This document shows positions 40,680 through 53,496 of a stretch of 64,000 bases of DNA, piece by piece. The DNA is taken from positions 48,918,001-48,982,000 of the forward strand of contig NC_043013.1 in assembly GCF_006345805.1 (NCBI RefSeq), read 5' to 3'. The stretch's first letter is position 1. Every line of letters starts with the position of its first letter. This stretch comes from Octopus sinensis (Eukaryota). The position numbers were made by a program, and so were the translations under genes. The notes below the pieces were generated by a model. It was not told where the DNA came from, did no database searches, and saw only the letters and a program-made list of their open reading frames with translations.

Positions 40680-41629
40680 TACATATATGTATAAAAAATA
40701 CAAACTGGGACAAGAACGCAAAACATTTTGATGACAACACAAAAAACACGGACGGGACATTCGAAGCCTTCAATCTTCAGTCAAGAACCGGATCATCCTC
40801 GCAATTTCGGCTGATTAATCTTGAGATTGCTCCAATCTGGCCAGCCCCAAGGAAAAACTAAGCTAAGTGCATTAGATTCCTTGGAAGAAAGCTTCGAATG
40901 TATACAAAACAAGGACAGAAAAACGGACGATGTTACACGAATATGAATACAAAAATAATACCAAAAAACAATAATAATAATAATACGTAAAAACAATAAT
41001 AATATTAATAACAATAACAGGACATCACGAACAGGCGTCTTTCGACTAGTATGTATGTATGTATGTATGTATGTATGTATGTAGGTAAGTCTGTATGCGC
41101 GCGTATGTACTGTCCTCTGTATTTCTCCACGTCTTTCATTTTTACTTTCCGCTTAATCTAATATGGCTAGGAGTTCGTGTCGGATTTAGAGTTCATTGAT
41201 AATACCTTCAGTCTTTTCGTTTCGTTTCGTTATTTATAGTTTCAGTCGAAGAGACAAAGAAAAACGCAAACAGTGAGTGACAGACCAAAGAGGTCTTTGT
41301 TAACGATATTTGTTCAGAGTAAGTTTACTTCAGCGGATTCGATGCCGTATTTGTTTTGGCTGTATGGTATTACATTCGTTATACATATCTTGTATAACAA
41401 TAATATTACAAATGGAATCTGGCAAAACAGTTCAATGTGTTTTCCTTGTAACACGTTTCAATAAATCAATTAACGAGAAAATTGTCTTCTTTTGTTTGAA
41501 CATCTCTATACCAGAGTTGAATTATTTATAATGTCTGGCCCCATTGTGGTCATTTGTTTTAATTTTTGAAACTGTATTTGATCCCTATTTACACATATCT
41601 TGTTTCAGTCTTAAATCATTAACATTACG

Positions 41630-41681
41630 CTGTCTGAGTGAGACTAATTAATATGGTTTGTTTGAAAGGGTTTGCTCACAG
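41630..41681 (+). ncRNA. Variant hammerhead motif with a 1-nt core insertion
   Basis: ctgt-CTGAGTGA-(weak stem II)-GAAAG-ggtttg-CTC-acag; stem I ctgt/acag. Confidence 0.45.
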
Positions 41682-42773
41682 GCTTTCACTCCCACCACAA
41701 TCAATTAGTTAATAATGCACGCTATGTAATTTAATTCTAAATTCTCCCACAGCGAGTTTACTTATTTCTGCTACATTAATTATTAAGCTCAAGGGAAAAT
41801 ATTTATTTCCTTCGTCTTGACAAATACTTCACAAATTTCTTTAATCATAGATTTTGTCGAATTTGTAATAATTATGGAAAAGCGGTCATCATTGATAAGA
41901 TAGATATCATTTCAACGTGTGCAATTATTAATTGTTATTATTTTTACAAAGAATCGACGCCCACGCACTTCCAATTAGACTACATTGCTACGGAAAATGA
42001 ATCTGTTATTTGATAAGATAATTAATGATTGCGCCAGTCATATTTCGGTCCTATAAAATCTCATCAGCAAACCCTACTTTTAATTGTTTATGAAAAGAGT
42101 GCTTGTTATATTAAGTATGTTAGCTCTGAACCAATTTGTCTTATATACAGTAAGTATCCCTTCTCGATTTCCTCCAGGCATTGATAGTTGCCACACCAAT
42201 CAATATTTATTCAATCTAAGTCTTCAAGCTATTTTAGGCTTCGCAATTATAGATATTTACTAGATCTAATAAAACCAAAACATGTTTGGAATTGTCACCG
42301 TTCTTGATAGATATCAGACTCACTTCCCACTCTCTGATTGCATCTAATTACAGTTAATGTAAATATTTAGTTTGTCTCCCACCACATTTTCTGACCAGAA
42401 TTAGTCATTAAGCTAATGAGTTTTCTTTCCTTACTACAGGTGAAATCTTAATTCATTGTAATTCACCAAGTTAAAAATGTTAGAGCTGATTTAATTCCTA
42501 ATATGCTCCGCATACTTAAGTTGTTAGTACTATAACTATGAGATATTACTGGAATCCAGTAATGTGTGTGTATGTGTGTGTGCGTGTATGTGTGTGCACG
42601 CATGTGCGTGTGCATTAAGGCTACCACTGGTTTCATGTTAAGAAAGTATCTCCATACCTTAACAATTGTTCAAGCCAATCACATGAAGGAGAGGTGTTCG
42701 TCTCTATTTTGGATGAAAATACAAAACATCTCGTGAAATATCTCGGAGGTTCACAAGAGAAGCTCATACCACT

Positions 42774-45700
42774 TTGTCATGTGGGAAGGGGAATACCATT
42801 TTCCCTACAACATCTCCCCTTTTATTTTTTTTGTATGGCAAACAAGTGATTTTATTTTAACTCGTGTTCTTCCTTTTCCTTCCACTTATATGCGTCGGTT
42901 CAACCAACTGTAACGGTGTTGGTACCTGGAATGTGTCATAAAGCCAGTCCATAGGTTCTTCCACTCTGTGTAGTTCATTTTCTATGAATCTCTTATTCAA
43001 TTGGTTTATGTGTCTTGTTTCAATACCTTTTCAGCTATTAATTCTGTACAACATTTTTCCTATGTACTTTGTAATTTATATTTCTTCTTGCTATTGTTTT
43101 CCGTATTCATACGACCTCATGTCCACCTTATCACCAATTTTGAAAAATTTGTCGTTTCTGATACTTTTGTCTTTTCTGATACTTTTTCGTTCCTCGTCAG
43201 GAAACAGTTGATCAAAAACTGATTTCCCCTTCCTCACAACCATCAATTCTGCTGGTGAGCTTCCTGCTGGTGTATTGAGGTTCGGTGACACCATGTACAC
43301 CGTTAGAAATTGCTGCAGAGCGACTTCGTCCATGACTTTCTTCTTTGCTTTTCTCAAAGCTCTTTTAAAAATGTCCACAAAACGCTCTACCTGTCCATTT
43401 GATCTGGGATGGTAAAACGCTAACGCTTTATGTTCTACCGTGAAAATTTCGCAGAATTTTCTAAATTCACTGGACACAAGTTGAGTTCCATTATCAGGTA
43501 CAATCACGTATGGGATGCCAAATCTTGCGAATAATTCGCGCAAGAAATTTATTACCGTTTCGGAGGTTGGTCTTTTGCACTTAACAATTTCCGGCCATTT
43601 CGTCAAACTGTCAACCTCTACTAAGTAGTAATAGCCAACTAATGGACCCGCAAAATCGATATGTAGTCTTGACCATGGACATTTTTCTACTGGCCCATTT
43701 TTGAGTAGGCAATTTCGCTGCCTTAGCATATCCTCTGCAGCCTTTTACTACGTTTTCAACGTCCTTGTCCATCTTTGGCCAATACACATAACTGCACTTT
43801 CATCCTTGCGATCCCCAGATGTCCAATAAGGAATTTTTTCAACATTCTTTTTTGTAGAGTCTCAGGTATCACTACCCTTTGGCCATACAGCAGTATGCCG
43901 TTGCATGTTGAATATATGTTTACCTGTTGCTGTTTTTCTTACCGAACCTATTTTTGTTTTCTTCAGCTGACCACAGACTTTTCATTAACGAACTTATCTT
44001 TTGATACGTGTCACTTTATATCCTCCACAGTTATTGGTAACTCTCGTACTATGTTCCACATTATGTGTTTAATTTCCCCTTCAGATCTTAGGGCTATTGT
44101 TACTGTATTCTTCAATGGTTCACCATTTCTGGGTATTAACCTGGGTAGGCCGTCAGCACGTCCTAGCTTTTACAAAGGTAAATATTCCATTGCATAGTTG
44201 TAGTTTAGTAGTATGGCACCCTATCGCTGCAACTTGTTTGCTTTATGTATTGGAATTCTTTTCTTGGATCCATAAATCGTTAGCAACGGGCGATGGTCTG
44301 TTTGTAGTCTAAACCGTCTACCATGTATAAACCTACGGAAGTTTTTTATGCCAAATAGAATTACCAATGCCTCTTTTTCACTTTGACTTCAATTTCTTTC
44401 TGCTTGCAAGAACGTCCTTGACACGTGAGCTATGGCCTTTTGGCTGCCATCTTCACATCTGTTTAGGAGTACGGTATCTACCCCGTAGTCACTAGCATCT
44501 GTTGCCAGTATAGTTTCCAACTTCAGATTGAAGTAATTGGCAAATCTGAAGCTAACATGCTTTTTAGTTCCTCAAATACCTTCTGGCATTTTTCTGACCA
44601 AAACCATTTGGCATCCTTTTTTAACAGCTCATTTAGTAGAACCCTTGTGTTGTGAATGTCCGGGATATATACTTGATAGTACTTTACCAAGCCTAAATAT
44701 GATTGTACCAATTTGACGTTCAGTGGGGGAGTCATATTGCGTATTGTCATCGCCCTTGATGGGTCTTGCCTTCGTCCTTTGTCGTCAAGTACTTGACCTA
44801 AATATTTGACTTTTTCGTAAAAAAATTCACACTTTTCTTCTGTTCGTCTAAACCCGTATTCATTTACTTTTATGAATCACTTTTTTAATATGCTCGAAGT
44901 GTTGCTTCAATGACTCGCTCTTTATAAAAATATCATCGAGATAAGCGATAGCGAAATCACAATCGTATAACATTGCGTCCATCACTTGTTGGAATTTGGC
45001 AGGTGCCATTTTTCCTCTAGAAGGAAACCGCTTGAATTTATACAAGCTACGGTGTGTTGATTGTTAAAAGGTGTGCGCAGTCTTCCTCTACTTGTATCTG
45101 TAGATAGGCCTCTGAGAGGTCTAACTTCGAGAAAATTTTTCTTTCATTTAGTTTTGAGAACACTTCTTCTGGGCTTGGTAACGGATAATTGTGTTTGACT
45201 AAAGTCATTTCATCCAGCTCAAAAATCCGCACACACTCTTAGTCTTTTTGTCTTTACATAAACCGTTGGTGCTGCCCAGTCTGACTTTTCCAATTATAGC
45301 TAAATTTTCTAGTCTTTCTAGCTCTTTATTGACCTGGTCCAAAGCCGCAAGTGGCACGTTCTGTTTTACCTAAAAAAAAAACAGGCGTTACCTTTCCTCT
45401 TAAAGCGATCCTCGCATTGTTTTAGTGTAAAAACCTAATCTTTCCAAAAAGTCATCTGGAAACAACTTTTTAATTTTTTTGTCTTAGTTGTTGGCCTTCA
45501 TTTGAACTTTTGGCCGTGAGAACACTAATGGGGGTATCCCAAATTTTAACTAACTCCATGCATTCTGCGCCAAATCGGTTTAGTGATTTTTTAAAAACTA
45601 ATAAATGATAATCCTTTTCATTTCACCTCGAAAAGTTACTTTGCAAATACATTCGCCAATGAAATATAATTTTTTTTCCCTATAACACTCTATGCTCTTT

Positions 45701-47264
45701 TATTTGATTTGCCTTTTATTTGCCTCCATGTTTCTTCATTTATGATACCGATGTCACTCCTCGTGTCTAATTGCATTTTGATACTAATGATTCTGATTCT
45801 CACTTCCACGAATTTTCTGTTCGTTCTACAAAGTTTTTTCTCTGATGGCAAATTATTTATTTTCTTCTCGTTTGGTCTTGTTTTTTGTCACCTTAGTTCT
45901 GCAGTGCGATTTGATATGTCCTGTGTTCTCACAACGAAAACACTTTGCTTTTTTTTGAACGGACACTCTTTTCTTAGGTGCCTACCATCGCCTGCCATAC
46001 ATGGGTCTATCTCCTGATGTATACCGTGTGTTTTGTGAAACACTTTATCTGTCTTTGACTCATCAATACTGGTTTTATCTGTAAACAATCTCCTCGTCGG
46101 ATTTCCCCTGTGTCGTCATGCCTTACTTTTAATATCATATCGCGCTCTGCTGGCAGTTTCTAGAGAGTTATATCCTGGTTCATTTCCAGCTTTGCGAGAA
46201 TTTTCGTTCTGACTGACTTCTGCGTCCTTAAAAAGGACGCAGTAAGTCCCTGAATTAAAATCAGGCACTTGAACGAGTTTGGAGTCAGTTTATCCAGTTT
46301 AAATCTCTCGCATTGAGAGTTCGCTCTACTTGCATGTAGTAGAGTCTTCGTGTGTTGAATAACGATGTTTTTTCACTAAACATCCTACATAAAACATCAA
46401 TTGTGTCCGTGAAATTTATCAGAAACTTTTTTAGGCAATATAAAGTTACAGTATTTCTAATGCTCTATTGTCACCAGTTTCCTCAGAATGAGATGCGCTT
46501 TCATTTCGTCCGTCCAGTCTTCACACTCTTTTTCGAAAATTTGTTCAAATCTTTGGTAATATGCCTCGAAAGAGATTCCTTTTTCCGGGTCATATTTAAA
46601 TTCATTTATCGAATTTGCCACATGGTCTGCTGAAAACATATTTTCCGGTTTTGTTACAAACTTCATTAGTTGTAGCATTTGTTGTTATAACATTTGTTGT
46701 TATTCTTGTTGCTCTTTGAGTTGTTGTTTTTGTTTTTGAAACCCAGCTAGACCCTCTAACAAGTTTTCCGTAATTTTATGGATTTTTCGTAAAATATGTA
46801 CAACAAAAATGTTTATTACTCCTCTATCGAGTTTTTTAATTTCTCCATGTGCAAAAGTTTTCAACGTCGTCCGTGTGAGAATTGTTTATATTCTCGCGAA
46901 AAGAAAAGAACTTTTTTCAACGTTGTCCGCGTGAATTGTTCATATCCTCGTCGCCACTATTCTAAATGTGAGATCCTCGTCCACTCGTACGTTATTGTCG
47001 GCACTGTAATATTCTTGTCGCCACTATTGTGGTGGTATTCCGTGTCTATCGCTGATAGCAGTGCAAGACAAAGACTTTGAAACGTCTACCTTGACGGTAA
47101 CTCAAACTCGTATATATCACGTAACTGACACTGACTCCAAATGAGAATTCGTACAAAAACTCTACTATTACTGATCCGCCTACAACAACTGACTGTCTCA
47201 CTATATAGTAGATTTATATATCAGCTTGTCACGTGGGAAGGGGAGTACCAATTTCACTACAACA
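42774..47264 (-). mobile_element. Decayed Gypsy (Mag-like) LTR retrotransposon
   Basis: 5' LTR at about 47028-47264 (TG..CA), PBS TGGCGAC(G/A)AG, gag, protease QLDTRSD, RT (DLSEAYLQI, YLDD), RNase H (ATDASDYG), integrase (PWSRLHIDFAGP, DNG, SNGQVER) and PPT AAAAGGGGAGA. The 3' LTR is recognisable only at 42774-42812. Confidence 0.92.
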
Positions 47265-48550
47265 AAAGGTTTTGCTTACACCTCACGGAACAGCATAAAA
47301 TTGTTGTTCACATCCTATACAACGGTATAAACCATTGCCTACAACACGTAGAATAATATAAAATCATTGCTTCCATTGTAAATGAGACTACATTATCCAA
47401 TTTTATACATTCCTGCCTGGACTATAAAAACCAGTGCAAGTATAAACCTTTGCTTATAATCTATAAATAAGGCTATAAATTTCTCTATTTGTCATCATAA
47501 ACAAAACAGCTGCAAGATTTAAATCCCAAACAAGATTATAAAGCCATCCACAGAATCCTAAGACATCCTAAATGATAGGATAAAACTATTATCCATAATC
47601 TCAATGAAGGCTATCGCTCACATCCTAAAAATGAGATTGAAGATATATTGTTGATATCTGAAAGGGGAACATTTTATCATTGAGTGGAATAAACCACATA
47701 CATTGTTCATCCATTGACTAAGCAACACGGTCGAAATAAATTTCATTTTTTATTTTAGTCATAGGAAGTACGTCAGAACCAATTGAGTAATCGGAATTTC
47801 TTGAGCTGGTAGAACGAAACGGTTTTAGAATTGCTTCAAGTTTGAATTCTTTGTTCATGACAGTACAGAAACAAAGTCACGGAGGACGGAAATTCTATCA
47901 AGGGAACACTGATAAGTCACTAAGTACGCTGTTTGCAAAATTCATAGAGAATGGGTGTCAGTGGATGATAAGATACGTGTTCTAGATATATTCTAGTAAG
48001 TGAACAGAAAATGCAATTTAAACCTATGCAGGTGTAACAACTTTTTTCTTATTACTATAATCATGAGTCCCCTATCATGTGACGTACCTACTTCCCAACT
48101 TTAGACATGTCTTTCCTCCATGTATAATTTACAATTGGAGCATAGCAGAAAGCTCCTTTCCGTTTATGAGGTCATTTATCTAAAATGCCACATGGTGAAA
48201 CCGAATTGTCTATTCAGCCGAGATTTACCACGTCTTTATTTCGAAATGTTGGCGTCAACTGAAGTACAATTTTAGAAAAATACCTGCGCGCTACTTAAAG
48301 AACTTTTCAGTTTTATTTTCGCATAACATCTGCATCGCAGCTTTCCACAATATGATTATGTATGTTTTCTGAATTGCTTTCTGTCCACTTGCAGAGCATC
48401 TCATTAAATGCATCATTTAAACATGTTCCTTCTCCCACTTAAAAGAATAATAATCGTTCTGCCTTGTACAAACTTCTTGTAAAATAACTACGTTTTATAG
48501 GGTGGTCCAAAAGTCATGCACCAAAACATTTGACATTTTATTTATATTAC

Positions 48551-48567
48551 ATTATTATTATTATTAC

Positions 48568-48633
<66 letters not shown>
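48551..48633. repeat. (TAT/TAA)n microsatellite
   Basis: Read directly. Confidence 0.97.
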
Positions 48634-48637
<4 letters not shown>

Positions 48638-49720
48638 TAGTTTTATTTTTCTCACGTGCTTTCACGTCACTACCAAGCGCAGCTCTGTGTGCCTTGGGTA
48701 TGTGCTGTGATTTGTTGTGATGCTCTGATGGTTATTGTATGGAAAGTGTTCTGCGTAGGATGTGTGCAGTGCCTAGTAGTGTTATTTTCTGTATGTGATA
48801 TATACTTGTAAGTCCTGGTGTTTTTTTATGTATTTGTATAGATTTTTTTTTATCATACCTAATGCGCGTACTATTATAAGAATTGTTTCTGTTTTTAATC
48901 TCCACATTCGAGTTACCTCTATTTCCAGATCTTTGTATTTTGAAAGTTTCTCCGTTTCTTTTAGAGAAACATTGTCATATGTAGGTATTGATACATCGAT
49001 TAGAAAGCATTTTTTCTTGGTGATCTCTGACAACTATATCCAGTTTATTAGCCTTGATTTCTCTACATGTGTGTATTCGCCTATCCCAGTGTATGGTTGC
49101 TTTCTCATTTTCTGTGACCTTTTCTGGTGTGTGCTTATATCATCTTTTTTCTGTTGTTATTTGATAGTATTGGCATAGCTTCCAGTGTATATAGATCCCA
49201 ACTCTGTCGTGTCTGTGAATATATTCCTTCTTCACCTGTACTGGGCAGCCATAGACAGTATGATTTATTGTTTCTTTTCCACCTCCACATATTCTGCAGT
49301 TACTTTGTATTTCTTTTCATTACGTGATTTTGGTGATTTCTGATGGGAAGGCTTCAGTATCTGCTTTATGTCCTGAGTTTCTCAGCCATTCTTGAGATTT
49401 TGCTTTGTCTATTTCTTTTCTCTTTAGCTTAACTCGATATTTGCCATGAAGGGGCTTTTCTTGCCATCGTTTTATCATGATCCGTTGTTGTTCTAGATTT
49501 AGTTTGGTTTCAGTTGTTTGACAGCTTCTGTTGTTTCGTCTTTTTCGTCATAATTTTTAGGTACTATGGCTTCTTTATTGTGTTTGTCAACTTCCTTAAA
49601 GACTGAAAACAGTTTTTTTTATTTTGTTCGTGTTTTGTGGCTATTTGTATTAGTTTTCCTGGTATTTCTGTAGTCCGATTACTTTGTAATATTTTTCTAG
49701 CTGTTGTATATATAGCCTTT
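48634..49720 (-). mobile_element. R4/Dong-like restriction-like-endonuclease LINE, 3' part ending in (TAA)n
   Basis: PLHGKY, CFLIDVSIP..KETEKLSKYKDLEIEVTRMW..IIVRALG. Confidence 0.85.
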
Positions 49721-49724
49721 CTAT

Positions 49725-50330
49725 GTTAGATTGTGGGTGTTGCCAAGTTGAGCAGAGAATCTGCATCAAAGTTTGCCAAAAGCTTGGCAATACCTGCTCA
49801 GAGGCCTTAGCAAAATTTTCAAAAAGTTTTCATCGTTCTCGACACAATCAAGGAGATCTTGTGCAACTGAATCCCAAGTGCCTTTTTGGTCAGCTGAAAG
49901 CAGTTTTGGCACAAACTTGGCAGACACACACCTCATACCCAAATCTTCAGTGATAATTGACTGAACTGAACCGTAACTAATCTACAAATCCTCTGATAAC
50001 TCAAGGGTGGTGATTCGACGATTTCCTCTCACAGCTGCATGTATATTTGCAATGTTTTCTCAGTTCTACTGGTTGCGGGTTTCCCAGAACGTTTGTCCCA
50101 ATCAACATTTTCCGGCCATCTTGGAAACATCTGAACCACTCGTACACATGTGTGCGTCTCATATTTGTGTAGGCCTCTGAACAGGTATCGCTTCGATAAC
50201 TTTCTCTGTCATGGTCCATGCGACGTTCACACGCTACACACGTTCCTTCCAAGCACTGCTATAAACATCGGAAGTGAGCTAGAACGTTAACATTTCCCGC
50301 GCATGCACAGCGGAGTCCAAGGTCAATCTG
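49725..50330. mobile_element. Rearranged mariner transposase N-terminus in both orientations
   Basis: + strand EQRICIKVCQKLGNTCSEA; - strand DTCSEAY..RTHVYEWFRCFQDGR. Confidence 0.75.
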
Positions 50331-50421
50331 TGCCAAACGGCTTTACTCTGCATGTTTTAGTTTCGTTACTATGGCAACAGTTCAGGTACTTGTTGATAAG
50401 ACTAAGTATGTGTGTGTGTGT

Positions 50422-50500
<79 letters not shown>

Positions 50501-50526
50501 CTTTATTAATAAAGCTGCAAAGACAC

Positions 50527-50624
50527 CACGAAAACTGTTACTCAGATTTTGATGTTCCCGTTCGTCGGACAAACAAAGCTGTCCGACGAACGGGAATGTG
50601 AAAGTCTGAGTAACAGTTTTTGTG
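50527..50624. repeat. 45-bp-arm hairpin containing a hammerhead-like motif
   Basis: Arms 50527-50571 and 50580-50624; ctgt-CCGACGA-acgggaatgt-GAAA-gtctgag-TA-acag. Confidence 0.8.
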
Positions 50625-50725
50625 ATTATCTTTGCTGCTTTATTTTGATAAAGCATATTACTCTACCTCTGGTATTCTAGTAATATTTTTTCCACCTTTC
50701 TTCGCATTTATGTGCTTACTCTGGT

Positions 50726-50773
<48 letters not shown>

Positions 50774-50886
50774 ATATACAGGGTAGGAAAATTATAGAAA
50801 TTTTTCTACCAGTGGCCTAGCATATATAAAATAGTCAACAGACAATATATTTTTCATATGAAATTTGTGTACATTTAAATGTACAC

Positions 50887-50979
<93 letters not shown>

Positions 50980-51820
50980 AGAGAGAGAGAAAGAGAGAGA
51001 GAGATGCATTTATATATATTTTACTTGAAAGGGTTCATACGAATCAAAGCTTATCATATATGGTGCCACCAATTGGCTGGATAAAATCATACAGAGCAGA
51101 GAGTGGAATAATCCATTGTTTAAATCTCATTTCCAATCATTTATAATGATCCGATTCATCGGTGAATCCTTGGTTCGGCGAAAATTATAATAACTAACAG
51201 ACGAATGGCGTTTAAGTACGCTACAGTTGTTTCTCTAGAGACTTATCGATGCAGTAATAACAGGTTATATTACATTACGTAAATTTCCAACACCTCAGGC
51301 GGACTTCGTCTGTGACGTATAATTCTGTATAATAAAATAACGATGTATATGATATTCATAATGTATATTTCTGTTCATTTGCTGCGTTTGGAGAATTGGG
51401 CAGAACCTATTATCCTTGCAGGCCCTCGGAGATTATCGACATTTAATGTTACGTCTAAACTGTTGCAGAACAAAATCTCCCGGAAAGATACGAGCAGGAA
51501 GGAGATTCCGGAAGGTTGATGATCTGGAAATGAAGGACTGGGAATAGTGATCAGTGAGGGGGTTAGAGAATGGATATGCAAAGAGTAACAAGCGATGGAA
51601 AGACGAGCTGTCATCATGAAAAGACAGAGAGATGAGTTAGCTCGTCTGTAGCCCAGAGTCTTTACTGTGTCGGAACAACGCCAGCTATCATGGTCAAACA
51701 CAAGGCAGTAATACTAATTCTGGACCAGAAGATACAAATACGGAATTGTACCTCTATAGCAAATAACGTGATCAGAGACCCTGCGTTGAAACTGAAGCAA
51801 CCAAGTTGTAGAAGAGCCAT

Positions 51821-52043
51821 TTCTTTCTTTTCTTTTTTTTCTTTTACTTGTTTCAGTCATTTGACTGTGGCCATGCTGGAGCACCGCCTTTAGCCGAGCA
51901 ACTCGACCCCAGGACTTATTCTTTGTAAGCCCAGTACTTATTCTATCGGTCTCTTTTGCCGAACCGCTAGGTGACGGGGACATAAACGCGCCAGGATCGG
52001 TTGTCAAGCAATGCTAGGGGCACAAACACAGGCAAACAAACAT

Positions 52044-52100
<57 letters not shown>

Positions 52101-52101
52101 G

Positions 52102-52132
<31 letters not shown>

Positions 52133-52312
52133 CATATATGCATATATACGACGGGCTTCTTTCAGTTTCCGTCTACCAAATCCACTCACAAGGCTTTGGT
52201 CGGCCCGAGGCTATAGTAGAAGACACTTGCCCAAGGTGCCACACAGTGGGACTGAACCCGGGACCATGTGGTTGGTAAGCAAGCTACTTACCACACAGCC
52301 ACTCCTGCGCCT
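51821..52312 (-). mobile_element. SINE family B, full length (tRNA head, CORE-like ACCTTGGGCAAGT, internal microsatellite)
   Basis: Head AGGCGCAGGAGTGGCTGTGTGG..GGGTTCAGTCCC. Confidence 0.9.
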
Positions 52313-52498
52313 ATATAGTAACAAAGTTTTTGAATTCAGTTTGAATTTTGTTTTTATTTCATGAACCGTCAAAACTTTCGTCGCACAACAGCGCCCTGAT
52401 CATTGACATCTCGTGAAATAAGCATAAAATTCAAGCGAATTCAAATGTTTGTGAGTGTTATTAAATAACTCTTCCACGATGAAAGCATATATATATAT

Positions 52499-52664
52499 AG
52501 GCGCAGGAGTGGCTGTGTGGTAAGTAGCTTGCTAATCAACCACATGGTTCCGGGTTCTGTCACACTGCGTGGCATCTTGGGCAAGTGTCTTCTGCTATAG
52601 CCCCGGGCCGACCAATGCCTTGTGAGTGGATTTGGTAAACGGAAACTGAAAGAAGCCTGTCGTA

Positions 52665-52711
<47 letters not shown>

Positions 52712-52927
52712 CTGTGTTTGTTCCCCGACCATCACTTAACAACCGATGCTGGTGTGTTTACGTCCCCGTCACCTAGCGGTTCGGCAAAAAGAGACCGATA
52801 GAATAAGTACTGGGCTTACAAAAAGAATAAGTTCCGGGGTCGATTCGCTCGATTAAAGGCGGTGCTCCAGCATTGCCGCAGTCAAATGACTGAAACAAGT
52901 AAAAGAATAAAGAAAGAAAGAAAAGAA
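52499..52927 (+). mobile_element. SINE family B, full length, head-to-head with the previous copy
   Basis: Same head, CORE-like segment and tail as 51821-52312, opposite strand. Confidence 0.9.
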
Positions 52928-53496
52928 TATATATTTCAAAGTATATGTATGAATGAATAATGGAGTGATGGGGTAAACGGGTGCAACTATGCTGAAAATT
53001 GTGCTTATAAAGAATACAGGTGTATAATAAATAGCTCATGGAGTTTTTTTAAGGTAAGAGGATTAGAGTGTATCATCATTGGGATGAAACCGTTCTAGGA
53101 ATGTATTTAATTTGTGTGTACTATTTGCAGATGTAATTGTTGTAAGGGCGCTACATTAATAGGATAAATTGATGAGACGAGTGGGATAAACTTTTGTAAA
53201 GCTCTGAGAAGTGACTAAGTGGAAATGTAGTCTCTTTAGAGATCCGTAAAATACACTTCTTAACGCTTGGCTTATTGTTTGTTCCGGAACGAAAATCATA
53301 CATATTTGAGTACTTATATTTTCCATGTGTGTCTGTCTGTTTCCCTCTCTCACTGTAGCTCTTTCTCTTTCCTACTCTTTCTCATACACACACATTCACA
53401 TATTTACATATCCACATATCTGCGCCCGTATAAATCTATGCCTGCATGTGATTACATATATGTGTATGTGTCTGTGTATTTATGTATCTCTCAACA

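Noticed and set aside
40745-40860. CTGAAGA..CGAATGTC in a repeat
   Set aside because: Stems I and II do not pair convincingly and the GAAA is incomplete.
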